The notes beneath the pieces were generated by a model that saw nothing but the letters and a program-made list of their open reading frames with translations, made no database searches and had not been told where the DNA came from. Below, in pieces: positions 23,142 to 34,250 of a DNA stretch of 64,000 bases (position 1 is its first letter; the number at the start of each line of letters is the position of its first letter). The DNA lies in the NCBI GenBank assembly GCA_964035575.1, contig OZ037835.1:1736001-1800000 (forward strand), written 5' to 3'. A program made the position numbers and the translations under genes. The stretch comes from Rhynchopus sp. YZ270_cl-10. Its lineage: Eukaryota.

Positions 23142-23852
23142 AGTACACAGCATACACCGTATACACCGTATACACAGTATACACAGTATACACAGTATAC
23201 ACAGTATACACAGTATACACAGTATACACAGTATACACAGTATACACAGTATACACAGTATACACAGTATACACCGTATACACCGTATACACCGTATACA
23301 CCGTATACACCGTATACACCGTATACACCGTATACACAGTATACACAGTATACACAGTATACACAGTATACACAGTATACACAGTATACACAGTATACAC
23401 AGTATACACAGTATACACAGTATACACCGTATACACCGTATACACCGTATACACCGTATACACCGTATACACAGTATACACAGTATACACAGTATACACA
23501 GTATACACAGTATACACAGTATACACAGTATACACAGTATACACAGTATACACAGTATACACAGTATACACCGTATACACCGTATACACCGTATACACCG
23601 TATACACCGTATACACCGTATACACCGTATACACCGTATACACCGTATACACCGTATACACCGTATACACCGTATACACCGTATACACAGTATACACAGT
23701 ATACACAGTATACACAGTATACACAGTATACACAGTATACACAGTATACACAGTATACACAGTATACACAGTATACACAGTATACACAGTATACACAGTA
23801 TACACAGTATACACAGTATACACAGTATACACAGTATACACAGTATACACAG
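23142..23852. repeat. 9-bp satellite (TATACACAG / TATACACCG)n in alternating variant blocks
   Basis: Direct reading; ~700 bp. Confidence 0.97.
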
Positions 23853-23861
23853 GGGATTGGG

Positions 23862-24497
23862 AGTACAGTACAGTACAGTACAGTACAGTACAGTACAGTA
23901 CAGTACAGTACAGTACAGTACAGTACAGTACAGTACAGTACAGTACAGTACAGTACAGTACAGTACAGTACAGTACAGTACAGTACAGTACAGTACAGTA
24001 CAGTACAGTACAGTACAGTACAGTACAGTACAGTACAGTACAGTACAGTACAGTACAGTACAGTACAGTACAGTACAGTACAGTACAGTACAGTACAGTA
24101 CAGTACAGTACAGTACAGTACAGTACAGTACAGTACAGTACAGTACAGTACAGTACAGTACAGTACAGTACAGTACAGTACAGTACAGTACAGTACAGTA
24201 CAGTACAGTACAGTACAGTACAGTACAGTACAGTACAGTACAGTACAGTACAGTACAGTACAGTACAGTACAGTACAGTACAGTACAGTACAGTACAGTA
24301 CAGTACAGTACAGTACAGTACAGTACAGTACAGTACAGTACAGTACAGTACAGTACAGTACAGTACAGTACAGTACAGTACAGTACAGTACAGTACAGTA
24401 CAGTACAGTACAGTACAGTACAGTACAGTACAGTACAGTACAGTACAGTACAGTACAGTACAGTACAGTACAGTACAGTACAGTACAGTACAGTACA
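23862..24497. repeat. (CAGTA)n perfect microsatellite
   Basis: Direct reading; ~635 bp. Confidence 0.98.
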
Positions 24498-25187
24498 CCC
24501 TACCCTACAGAAGACATGACCATGCTCAATTCAGGTGATTCCGCTTTGGATGTGGATGTGCTGGCCCTGCAGGCCCTGCACCAGGAGGCAAAACGGGTGG
24601 TAGGTCCACTGGGTTCTTTTTTATTTCCCCGCTATAAGCAGACCTCCCTCAAAGTGAGGGGGTGGTGTGGGAGCGGTTCACGTCAAAGTGTGCCCACAAT
24701 CAGAGTTCCATTTAACCTTGTGAGCAACTCACTAGTGGTAACGACCAAAATTTGTATCAATCAAGAACTTGTCCATTTTTCCGAAATGACCCCACTCCAG
24801 TGAGGGTAGAGCTCGGAAACCCGCAAACGTCGTTTATTTGGTAGTCGCTTTTTATTCAAAAGGGGAAAAAGGGGGGTGACGTTTTACCCTCAGGTATCTT
24901 CATAGGGCTTCAGGAAGCGCCACCTACCAGTCCAGGACGTGTGTGTGGGTGTGTGTCGTGTTGTGTGGCGCACATATCTTGAGTAAAGACTAAAACACCA
25001 AGGTGTTTTAGAATTTTGTTGTTGAATGACAAAGTGGTGTAGTAAATAGCCATACCTGGTCAATACCATGAACACATCTGACGGATGCTGTTCCTCTCAA
25101 GGGGCCGTGAGTGCTGAAAGTATGCACTCATACAGAGGGGGGGAAAATAATATTGTTGAAGACGACTCGCAATGTTTTTCTCTGATT

Positions 25188-25405
25188 CATAGTACCATAG
25201 TACCATAGTACCATAGTACCATAGTACCATAGTACCATAGTACCATAGTACCATAGTACCATAGTACCATAGTACCATAGTACCATAGTACCATAGTACC
25301 ATAGTACCATAGTACCATAGTACCATAGTACCATAGTACCATAGTACCATAGTACCATAGTACCATAGTACCATAGTACCATAGTACCATAGTACCATAG
25401 TACCA
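25188..25405. repeat. (CATAGTAC)n microsatellite
   Basis: Direct reading. Confidence 0.97.
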
Positions 25406-26555
25406 AAGGGGAAAAAATAAAAAAATCGTCATCGTGCTGTCATCGGCCGTCATCGGGCGTCATCGGCCGTCATCGGGTGTCATCGGGTGTCATCCCGCAG
25501 ACCGTAAAACGCTCCATTAAAAACCAAAAAAAAGAAGGGGTGTATGTGTTGACCCTCTCACATACTTTCAATTCTGTGAATTGAAAGTATATGAATCTAA
25601 TAAGACATGCATGCATTTCTAGTGAAATTTTTCAGTATCCACGAGTCGTTTTTTCCCTCCCGTGCTCCCCATCTCTCGCACATACATTACATCTTCATCA
25701 GGAAAATTGTCAATTTTTCGTTCATTATTGTGAACAGCGTTTGGTGTTTTTCAAAAAAAAACAAGTAATTGCTATCGGAAAAAAAACGGGGTGTGCTGTG
25801 GAACTCCACCCTATAGAAATTATCTAGAACACACCCAGCACTCTGCTCAAGCAAAAACAACAACTTTCATTCGAACACCCAGCACTCTGCTCTTCAGCAG
25901 GTATGTTAACGCTCTTCGTACGCTGCCAGACCCACTGGACGCCTGCATCTGATGAAACGTTCAAGAAGGGGGGCTGTCCTCTTCATCCAGCACCATCTGA
26001 TCGATAGCGTTGTTGGACGTCGGCTCGGCAGGCTCGGCGTGTTCCAGCTCGTTTTTGTCCACAGGGTCCCACGCAGTGTCGTCGTCGTTGGAGCAGTGTG
26101 GAAGAAGCACAGAATGCACAGACGACAACACGTAGATCACACCAGGCACATCAGCACCTCCAGCAAATCGCTAGGATGCTATGGTCGTTTCGAAAATCGC
26201 GCGGGGTTTTCCACAGCACACCCCGTTTGTTTTCTTAGCAATTACTTTTTCTTGTTGTTATTGTAATTTTCAACCACCTTCCTTCAACCCTTGTAGGATC
26301 AGTCTTATTTTTTTTCGCGAAAGTATGAAATTACATATTTCAAGAGAACAAATTAAAAAGGGTCCTTATTTCATACTAAGCAGCCGCTTATAAAATACGC
26401 GCAAAAAGTGAAAATAAGGGGCAATTAAAGTCACTTTAATTTTTAGTCGAAATAAGGGTCAAATAAGGTGCAAATCCGCGCAAAATAAGGGGCAAATAAG
26501 GGGCAAATAAAGTAAATAAGCGGCAAATAAAGTCCCGTTTATTATTTTTATTCAA

Positions 26556-26667
26556 TACCTGTGTACCTGTGTACCTATGTACCTATGTACCTATGTACCT
26601 ATGTACCTATGTACCTATGTACCTATGTACCTATGTACCTATGTACCTATGTACCTATGTACCTATG
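26556..26667. repeat. (TACCTATG)n microsatellite
   Basis: Direct reading. Confidence 0.95.
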
Positions 26668-27909
26668 GTACGCGACCGTGCAGTGTACCCGAAAGCCACC
26701 AAAACGCACAAAAAATCACAAAAAATCCTGCAAACCCGCTTCGGACCCGTACGGAGAGTGGCTACTCAAACACCCACTCAGCCCTTCGTCCTCTGAGGCT
26801 CCCTCATCCGTCAACGCGAGAGCCATAATAGCCGCCCCGTACCCCCTCCAGGCACAGAAAGTAAAAACTGCCCTTCCTCAGTCCGGAAGTACCACCTCAT
26901 CCGGTTCCCTGTCGTAAAAGAGGTGTAGAGGTTACGAGATACAATGCAAAAATGTTTTGGGGCTGAAAACCCCAAAACTTATTAAATCACAAACATTCAC
27001 AAAAATTCGAGGTGCGGAAGAAAAATGTGATGTGTCACATGTGTGAATTTTTGTGAATGTTTTGCGAGTTTTTTGTGAATTTCCCTCAATATTCCCATGG
27101 GTTCGGAAAATTCCTTTCGAAATCCTTTTGTCAAATCCCAAAAATGATGATATCTTTGGATACTATTCCAATCTCAATGTGTGGGTATTTATGACTTTGT
27201 TCTGAAAGTTCGAAGGGTGCACACTGCACCAAAAATATTGAACGATGGTCGTGACAGCCACTCCCACCCCCACTGCATCCCCCATTGGTCACCCAGCATA
27301 TAATATATTTGTCTGCGGTGACGGCACCTGGGCAGTACTCGTTGTTCAATGAAATACCCACACAACTATAAAAATAAGCGCAAAAATATAAAAAATAAGC
27401 GCAAAAAATAATAGAAATACGCGCAAAATGGCAAAAATATTTAATATTAAAATAATATTAAACGAAATAAGCGGTCACTTATTGACTTTAATTGCCCCTT
27501 ATTTTCAATTTATGGCGTGATCCACAGCCCTACTTGGGTAGTACTTGGGTAGTACTTGGGTAGTACTTGGGTAGTACCTGGGTAGTACTATAGCAGGGGG
27601 GGGGTGTGTGCCCTTATATTTTCCCGTGTTTTTTCTCCCAGCGTGGGGGAGTGGGGGCGGTAGGTAATTGGCTGCACTGACATCCGTCAGGCAACCAAAT
27701 CGTGTTTTAGAGTGAAATGAGGTCATTCGTGTCGACCAAATGACCAAAAAAGAAGGTGAAAGGGAAGGGAGATAGGGAGAAATACCCCCCTTCTTTATTA
27801 CCGTACTAGTAAAAATGTTGGAACGCTCAAAAAAACCCCATCCCTTTTTTTCCTCAAACCCCAAAAAACCCGTAAAACCCAGACGTATTGCATAATCGTA
27901 CAAAAAGTA

Positions 27910-30327
27910 TTAGTCACGTTTTCTTTTCATTCCTCCCACACGCACTGGTTCCTCTCTCTGATCTTCACCTTCTTCTTCTTCATCGTCTTCGTCTGCTTCG
28001 GATTCCTCCAAATCCTCCTCCTGTTCAACTCCATCTCCAATTTTCGGCTGCGTGAGCACCACTATTTCTGGTTGGGTGGGATGGGCTTCGTCATCCCACT
28101 TTGCCAGCCTCCGTAACGTTGGCCGGTTCGGTATGTCCCGACTTTCTGACTGGGCTTTCAGCATCTCCTCGTATCCTCCCCACTCCGCGTACATCTCGTC
28201 GTCAGCTTCTCCAGTATCCCATTTTTCAAGAAGGGTGAAGAGTGCTGATTTCTTCGACCCCTGATGTCCAGTGTAACCACGACGGAAGCATTGTTGAACC
28301 AAATTTGGATGGGTCCAATTTTCCTCAGCATCGAACCGAAGGGGAATACTGGCAATTGCGGTTTTGCGATGATCCTTCTTCTTTTCTGCGAGGTCCCTTT
28401 TTGCTTGATTTTGTTTGTGAAGCAAAAACTTTTCCATCCCCAGCCTCTGCTTCCGCTGCTGGATGGTCTCGTACCACTGAGAGAGCACCCCTTCTGCCAC
28501 AGCGAGAGCAGCTTCTTCGGGCCACTCGAACCTATTTGGCACATGCAGCGGCCCACGCTGACCCACTTTAGCCCGCAAGGCGAAGTTGCCGATGTTCGTA
28601 CTCCCTTGCGCCTGGACCGTCCTCTTCATCGCACCACATATTCCCTCCGTGAGCACCGGACCAATGGGAACCGGCAGTTGTACGTCGGAGTCTCCAGGGT
28701 AGTACTTCTCCAACTCGTAAGCAAAACCCACTCCGAAGAACACAAGAAGGTCCTTGTACATCACCGCGGCTGAGGTTGTTTTGGGGGGGGCAATGTGAGA
28801 AGTCTTGTTGGCGCGGTAGTACTTCATCACGCCCCCCGCATTTTTGCAGGCACTGGGAAGTAGCGACTTCAGCTTCCTCTCCAATACGTCGGTGACTTCA
28901 AGGGGGGTTGGCCCTGTCCACTCTGGCTGAAGGGTTTTGCACCGCAGGTTGGAAGGGTCCGTTTCCATGAGGGGCTCAGTGTCACCAAATACGCTTTTCC
29001 CGTTGCCTGAGGTCTCCGCGGCTTCGAGGAAGGCAATGGCTACTGTCAGAAGCAGCCTCTTTGCAAACACACACTTTGAATCTGTACTGCTATTTCCCAC
29101 ATCAAGTTTCGTGAACCTGCCAAAGTACCGGAGGACGGGGTACAGAGCCAATCTCCAAAAGACAGAAAGTCCTTCCAGCACAACGGGGGTCTCCGGGGTG
29201 GTGAGTCTGTCGCGGATGTTCTGCTTTGTCTGCGATGTCTCCGTGACAACCGCGTACGTATTGAAATAGTCGAGCACATGGGAGCACATGCTTTTTTCGA
29301 CAATTTCCGTCGAGAGGAAGTGGGCGGCGAAGATCGAAGTCCCAAAGCGCCCGGTGCTGCATTTCGACCACAATGCGCCACGAATCTCCCCCAAACCAGC
29401 CACCTCCTTCAAATAAGACGCAAAAACTGCGTCACCTCCAGCGAAGTTTGCTGCAGCGCACGCGGATGCAGCCCACTTTGACAGCCCCAGGGAACCCAGC
29501 ATCTTCCGCACAATCAAATGCACTCTGTGCACCACCTCGTAGAACCTCTCCATGTCGGAGTGGATGCTCGCCCCCCGGTCTGACACAAACGCGCAGAACA
29601 GCTCTTCAGACATCACAAAATCGGGAGGCAAAAGCCCGCGTTCGACGCATTTCTGAGCGAGAGCAGAAAAGTACCTCAGGGTGAACTCCCACTCTTTCGT
29701 GCAGCTCCCGCTGGTGGAGGAAAGCGCATAAAACGCGTGCATAACGTGATATTTCGTTACGCCTTCGGCGTCCACCCAGGCGGCGGTGAAGTGCCCCAAC
29801 TTGTCTCCCACCACAATACTGTTTGCGGTGGCAGGGCAGTAGTCGTGGTGTATCGCAACCTTTTCGACTTTGGCGATTTCCTGAAGAAACCACACGTCGG
29901 TGAGCGCCAGGTTGGTCTGCCACGCATCGTCCACCTGTCTCTTTCTCACACTCGCACCCTGCAATTCGAGGAGCAGTGAGGGAATTGCCCTGGTGCTGAC
30001 GTTGTGCGACATACACGATGCGACCATCTTGCGCACGAGCCTGCTTGGAATGACGGAAGGGGTTTTTGCGATCGGGGTCGCAACAACAACAACAGCACCA
30101 CCCTGGATCCTTGTCAGCTGGTCCCAGTGGTCGGCAGGAAGCCTCAGCGCATCCTTGAGGCTCATCGTCTGTCCTTCCGCAGCCTTCACCACAAACAATT
30201 CCTGGGCCACACACTCCCAGGAATGCGCCCTCGCGTACGCTGCCAGGTCCACAAACCCGGAAAACGGGAGGTTCTCACACAACCTCATGCGCTTGCCAGT
30301 CCTGAAGGATTGCACAAAAACCATCAT
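27910..30327 (-). CDS. Putative DDE-type transposase with C-terminal SAP-like domain, acidic tail and NLS (805 aa)
   Basis: Lies inside element C; candidate catalytic motifs VAIHHD, FVSDRGAS, LTEGICGAMK; SAP-like WTHPNLVQQCFRRGYTGHQGSKKSALFTLLE; ends in KRKRD. Confidence 0.65.
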   Translation of the reverse strand: MMVFVQSFRTGKRMRLCENLPFSGFVDLAAYARAHSWECVAQELFVVKAAEGQTMSLKDALRLPADHWDQLTRIQGGAVVVVATPIAKTPSVIPSRLVRKMVASCMSHNVSTRAIPSLLLELQGASVRKRQVDDAWQTNLALTDVWFLQEIAKVEKVAIHHDYCPATANSIVVGDKLGHFTAAWVDAEGVTKYHVMHAFYALSSTSGSCTKEWEFTLRYFSALAQKCVERGLLPPDFVMSEELFCAFVSDRGASIHSDMERFYEVVHRVHLIVRKMLGSLGLSKWAASACAAANFAGGDAVFASYLKEVAGLGEIRGALWSKCSTGRFGTSIFAAHFLSTEIVEKSMCSHVLDYFNTYAVVTETSQTKQNIRDRLTTPETPVVLEGLSVFWRLALYPVLRYFGRFTKLDVGNSSTDSKCVFAKRLLLTVAIAFLEAAETSGNGKSVFGDTEPLMETDPSNLRCKTLQPEWTGPTPLEVTDVLERKLKSLLPSACKNAGGVMKYYRANKTSHIAPPKTTSAAVMYKDLLVFFGVGFAYELEKYYPGDSDVQLPVPIGPVLTEGICGAMKRTVQAQGSTNIGNFALRAKVGQRGPLHVPNRFEWPEEAALAVAEGVLSQWYETIQQRKQRLGMEKFLLHKQNQAKRDLAEKKKDHRKTAIASIPLRFDAEENWTHPNLVQQCFRRGYTGHQGSKKSALFTLLEKWDTGEADDEMYAEWGGYEEMLKAQSESRDIPNRPTLRRLAKWDDEAHPTQPEIVVLTQPKIGDGVEQEEDLEESEADEDDEEEEGEDQREEPVRVGGMKRKRD

Positions 30328-30421
30328 TTTGGTCTATTTTTTTCCGTCGTTGTATTGAGTCTGGAAGGGAGGGGGCGGGGGATTTTAGATTTAGGGGGAG
30401 GGGGCGGGGGGGGCAATACAA

Positions 30422-31020
30422 CGAGGGCGCATTCCTGGGAGTGTGTGGCCCAGGAATTGTTTGTGGTGAAGGCTGCGGAAGGACAGACGATGAGCCTCAA
30501 GGATGCGCTGAGGCTTCCTGCCGACCACTGGGACCAGCTGACAAGGATCCAGGGTGGTGCTGTTGTTGTTGTTGCGACCCCGATCGCAAAAACCCCTTCC
30601 GTCATTCCAAGCAGGCTCGTGCGCAAGATGGTCGCATCGTGTATGTCGCACAACGTCAGCACCAGGGCAATTCCCTCACTGCTCCTCGAATTGCAGGGTG
30701 TGAGTGTGAGAAAGAGACAGGTGGACGATTCCCTTCAGCCAGAGTGGACAGGGCCAACCCCCCTTGAAGTCACCGACGTATTGGAGAGGAAGCTGAAGTC
30801 GCTACTTCCCAGTGCCTGCAAAAATGCGTGATGAAGTACTACCGCGCCAACGACACTTCTCACATTTCCCCCCCCCAAAACAACCTCAGCCGCGGTGATG
30901 TACAAGGACCTTCTTGTGTTCTTCGGAGTGGGTTTTGCTTACGAGTTGGAGAAGTACTACCCTGGAGACTCCGACGTACAACTGCCGGTTCCCATTGGTC
31001 CGGTGCTCACGGAGGGAATA
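30422..31020 (+). pseudogene. Inverted, internally deleted copy of the adjacent transposase gene
   Basis: 30422-30729 = reverse complement of 29926-30233; 30731-31020 = reverse complement of 28639-28934 with small indels; ~990 bp missing. Confidence 0.92.
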
Positions 31021-31943
31021 GCCAGTGTCATAGACGGCGCCCACATATCACTAATTAAGCAGCGCTTGTTTAGTGCCCCGTACTGGCAAGGAATCGGTAA
31101 AAAACAAAAAACCTTTTTTTTTTTGTAGTTTCGACAATCACCTACCGAGGCAGGTTCTGTACACAGTGTCGCCCGAAGGCTTTTTTTTTTTTTTTTGGAA
31201 AAAGAAACATAATACTCTGCTCGTTCGTTGAAAAAAAAAAGTGAAGTTGAAATACAAAGCCCTCTCGTGACAGTGTACCTTGGTACATGACCGGTGTACC
31301 GGGTGAACCCTGACCAACCATGCAGTCCTACATCCATTTCGTGGTATACATCTGACAAAAAAAATGAAGTTGTAGGTACAACGCCTCAACAAAAAAAAAA
31401 CACAACACAGGATTTTACTCTCTAGTTACTCCACACAAAAATCCGTCGTCCCCCCTTTCCCTTTCTCCCATGGGTCTCCCCCAAAAAAAAGTTTGACTTG
31501 AAATACAAAAGCCCTCTCATGACAGTGTACCTTGGTACATGACCGGGTGGACCCCCAAACACCGTATTTTCCAATTTCCAGTTATCGAACTGTGGTGTTC
31601 GCAAAAATACTTATTATCACCAATCAATATCCTACCCCTCCCGTTCCCTCCCTTTTACGTGTTCAATCCAAAGCCGAATAGTTGATAAACAATGATCAAA
31701 GTTTTGAAACAAAAAACAGATAAAAAAATGGCTCATGGTCCTGCCCCCGTTTAGCCAAAACGAGCGCCCCCTCGAACCTTGATCTCAATGAGGTTTGCGT
31801 AAGGTGCGACCAATAAAATTGATTATTTTTAAAATGTGAATTTCAGGGGAAAATTGGAACATGACACAGAGCTCAAAACCCGAAGCCCGTCCGTTCCAAA
31901 TCCATAGGGTCCTGATGGAGGAACAAAAAGTTCACCCCCACTA

Positions 31944-33370
31944 TCACCTTTTGGGAGCAGGTTTTTTGGCACCTTTTTTCGCAGTTTTTTTGGCACTTTT
32001 TTTGGTTGATGCCTTCCTTGCCTTTTTGCTAGCAGGTTGGCTGTTCTGCGTCTCGCGCTTCCTCTTCCCAGACGTTGCATCAACATCATCCCGAAGTTCT
32101 CGAGCGAAGTTGCTCCCGAACTTCTTCAGGTACCGCATCACATTGCTCGCACCCGCGGGAAGGAGATCATCTTCCTCCCACATGGCAGGATCGATGATCT
32201 CCCGCTCGTCAGGGGCAGCGGCAGGGGCGGCAGGGGCATTAGCGGCAGGGGCGGCAGGGGCATTAGCGGCAGGGGCGTCAGGGGCATTAGCGGCAGGGGC
32301 GGCAGGGGCATTAGCGGCAGGGGCGGCAGGGGCATTAGCAGTCGCAGGCACATGCATAGTATCAGAATTCAGGTCGTTTTGCGCCAACCAGTTGTTGACG
32401 CAAGCCGTCATGGCCTCCACCTGCTTCTCCTGCAGCGGTCCCTTCCCCTTCTTCCGGTTAGCCTTTCTGTCACGTTGTGACAGCAAGCCTCCGATGATGT
32501 CGACCATCGTGGCTAGTTCTTCGGGCAACGCTTTCCTGATGACTTCACATCGGACGAAGTGACGCAAGAACGGGAAAACAGCACAGGGCTCGCGAGAAGC
32601 AGAGTTCCACTTATACTCGCAGGCGCAAGTCACCCTTCCGGGCTCCACCTTCACTCCGTAGAGGTTCTCGGGGGGGGGGGCACGTGAAGTGGAGGAGTTC
32701 TTTGATGCCCTCCGTCATCTTCGACTGCACCGTGGCAGCCGACTCTGAGGCCAGGCTAAACCCACCTGCTGAACCAATGAGCTTATCATGCTCTGCGACA
32801 TGGTTCAGCAGGTACCACTGCTTCCTAGCCGAGAGTCCAGCGGGCGGGAGGGAAACAACGACCTCTAAGTAGAGGACCGCTCTCGCTGTGAGAAGCTGTT
32901 TGTACCTGCGCGTAAAAATATTTTGCACATTTCTCCACCCGAAAAAGTAAAATGCGTTCATACCGCGCTTCGTTTTCCTCAGCAACGGTGGGGGCGGCAT
33001 CGCCGGCGAAGGCAGCAAGCTCAGCGTCTGCCATCCCCTCCGGGGTTTCGTCCTGCTGCGGCGCTTCCTCCACAGCCTCGTCCGCGAAGCAGACGCGGAT
33101 CTTCTCCGTCCCCCCCTCCTCTGCATCAATTGCCATGTAGAAGTACATGACAGACGGCTCAAACGTAGCCGCTTCCCAAAAATTTGGGGCACCCGCGTTC
33201 ACAACCGACGACACACCGGAGGAGTTCGACCACTTGATGCACCGTGGGCGCATCGTCGCCCAGGTGCGGCTGGCAATCAGGGTGTCACCGACACCCAACA
33301 GGGGCTTGAGGTCCGCACCCTTCTTCGGTTCCAACCCCTTGGTTGAAAACTTCAACCTAAGTGGGAGCAT
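31944..33370 (-). CDS. Second transposon gene (~455 aa if reconstructed): SWIM-like Cys motif, Ala/Pro repeats, Lys-rich tail; 58-nt intron and a frameshift at a G11 run
   Basis: Intron GTATGA(32963)...GCGCAG(32906) joins ENEAR to YKQLL; removing one base from G11 at 32670-32680 joins to ENLYGVKVEPGRVTCACEYKWNSASREPC; tail KKSAKKTAKKGAKKPAPKR. Confidence 0.6.
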
Positions 33371-33496
33371 TACGTTTTTTTTGTTTCGCGTGGATCACCT
33401 GGGCTTGTAATAGGGTGTAATAGTGGTGTAATGGTGAGACACTGTCGTGTGATTGTGTGTGCCGCAGTGGGTGGCTCGGGACGCCACAATCTCTGT

Positions 33497-33790
33497 GTGT
33501 ACAGTGTGTACAGTGTGTACAGTGTGTACAGTGTGTACAGTGTGTACAGTGTGTACAGTGTGTACAGTGTGTACAGTGTGTACAGTGTGTACAGTGTGTA
33601 CAGTGTGTACAGTGTGTACAGTGTGTACAGTGTGTACAGTGTGTACAGTGTGTACAGTGTGTACAGTGTGTACAGTGTGTACAGTGTGTACAGTGTGTAC
33701 AGTGTGTACAGTGTGTACAGTGTGTACAGTGTGTACAGTGTGTACAGTGTGTACAGTGTGTACAGTGTGTACAGTGTACAGTGTACAGTG
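33497..33790. repeat. (GTGTACAGT)n 9-bp satellite
   Basis: Direct reading. Confidence 0.97.
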
Positions 33791-34104
33791 AAAAAACCAA
33801 AAAAAATTTAAAATGGACACCCCCCCCCCCCTACTTGGGTAGTACTTGGGTAGTACTTGGGTAGTACTTGGGTAGTACTTGGGTAGTACTTGGGTAGTAC
33901 TTGGGTAGTACCTGGGTAGTACTACAGATAGCTATGGACCACGCCAATTTAGTGCCGCGTATTTTATAAGCGGCTGCTTAGTATGATTAAAATAATATTA
34001 AACGAAATAAGCGGTCACTTATTGACTTTAATTGCCCCTTATTTTCAATTTAGTGCCGCGTATTTTATAAGCGGCTGCTTAGTATGTTATTTGCATTTTT
34101 GGGC

Positions 34105-34250
34105 TCCGCCCGTGCAGTGGTGGGGTCAATCTCGAAAATTGGACAATTTTTTGACCACTTAAATTTTGAGAAATATGAGCCCGGTTGCTTATACGTGGGG
34201 CCCATTTTTGGCCAAAATTTTCCTCAAAATTTGTAAAATTGACCCTTTAC
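34105..34250. repeat. Dispersed repeat; inverted copy ~56468-56610; related ends at 23078-23110 and 24762-24800
   Basis: CGCCCGTGCAGTGGTGGGGTCAATCTCGAAAATTGGA...GACCACTTAAATTTTGAGAAATATGAGCCCGG. Confidence 0.75.

Larger units (their letters stand above)
22184..25516. mobile_element. Non-autonomous TIR element A with 10-bp subterminal repeats and internal satellites
   Basis: TGGAGCGTTTT / AAAACGCTCCA termini, TT on both flanks; (GTCATCGGSY)n arrays at 22220-22280 and 25428-25495 in the same orientation. Confidence 0.75.
27513..33946 (-). mobile_element. 6.4-kb two-gene DNA transposon C (16-bp imperfect TIR, 5-bp TSD ATTTA)
   Basis: TGGCGTGATCCACAGC / GCTATGGACCACGCCA; ATTTA on both flanks; empty site ATTTTCAATTTAGTGCCGCG preserved at 34041-34060; (GTACTTGGGTA)n subterminal arrays at 27531-27588 and 33832-33923. 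Confidence 0.88.
26372..34086. mobile_element. TIR element B (30-bp perfect TIR, 6-bp TSD TTATTT), host of element C; right end tandemly duplicated
   Basis: CATACTAAGCAGCCGCTTATAAAATACGCG at 26372; reverse complement at 33956-33985 and 34057-34086; TTATTT at 26366-26371 and 34087-34092. Confidence 0.9.

Noticed and set aside
22933..24803. Long ORFs (IHS/YTQ/YSTVQ repeats) in several frames
   Set aside because: Translations of stop-free microsatellites; no coding evidence
27531..27588. TTGGG-containing repeats as telomeric sequence
   Set aside because: The unit is an 11-mer located subterminally at both ends of transposon C, not TTAGGG
30729..30731. Inverted transposase copy as a spliced retrocopy
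   Set aside because: The deleted segment lacks GT-AG ends and removes coding sequence, so it is a deletion, not an intron
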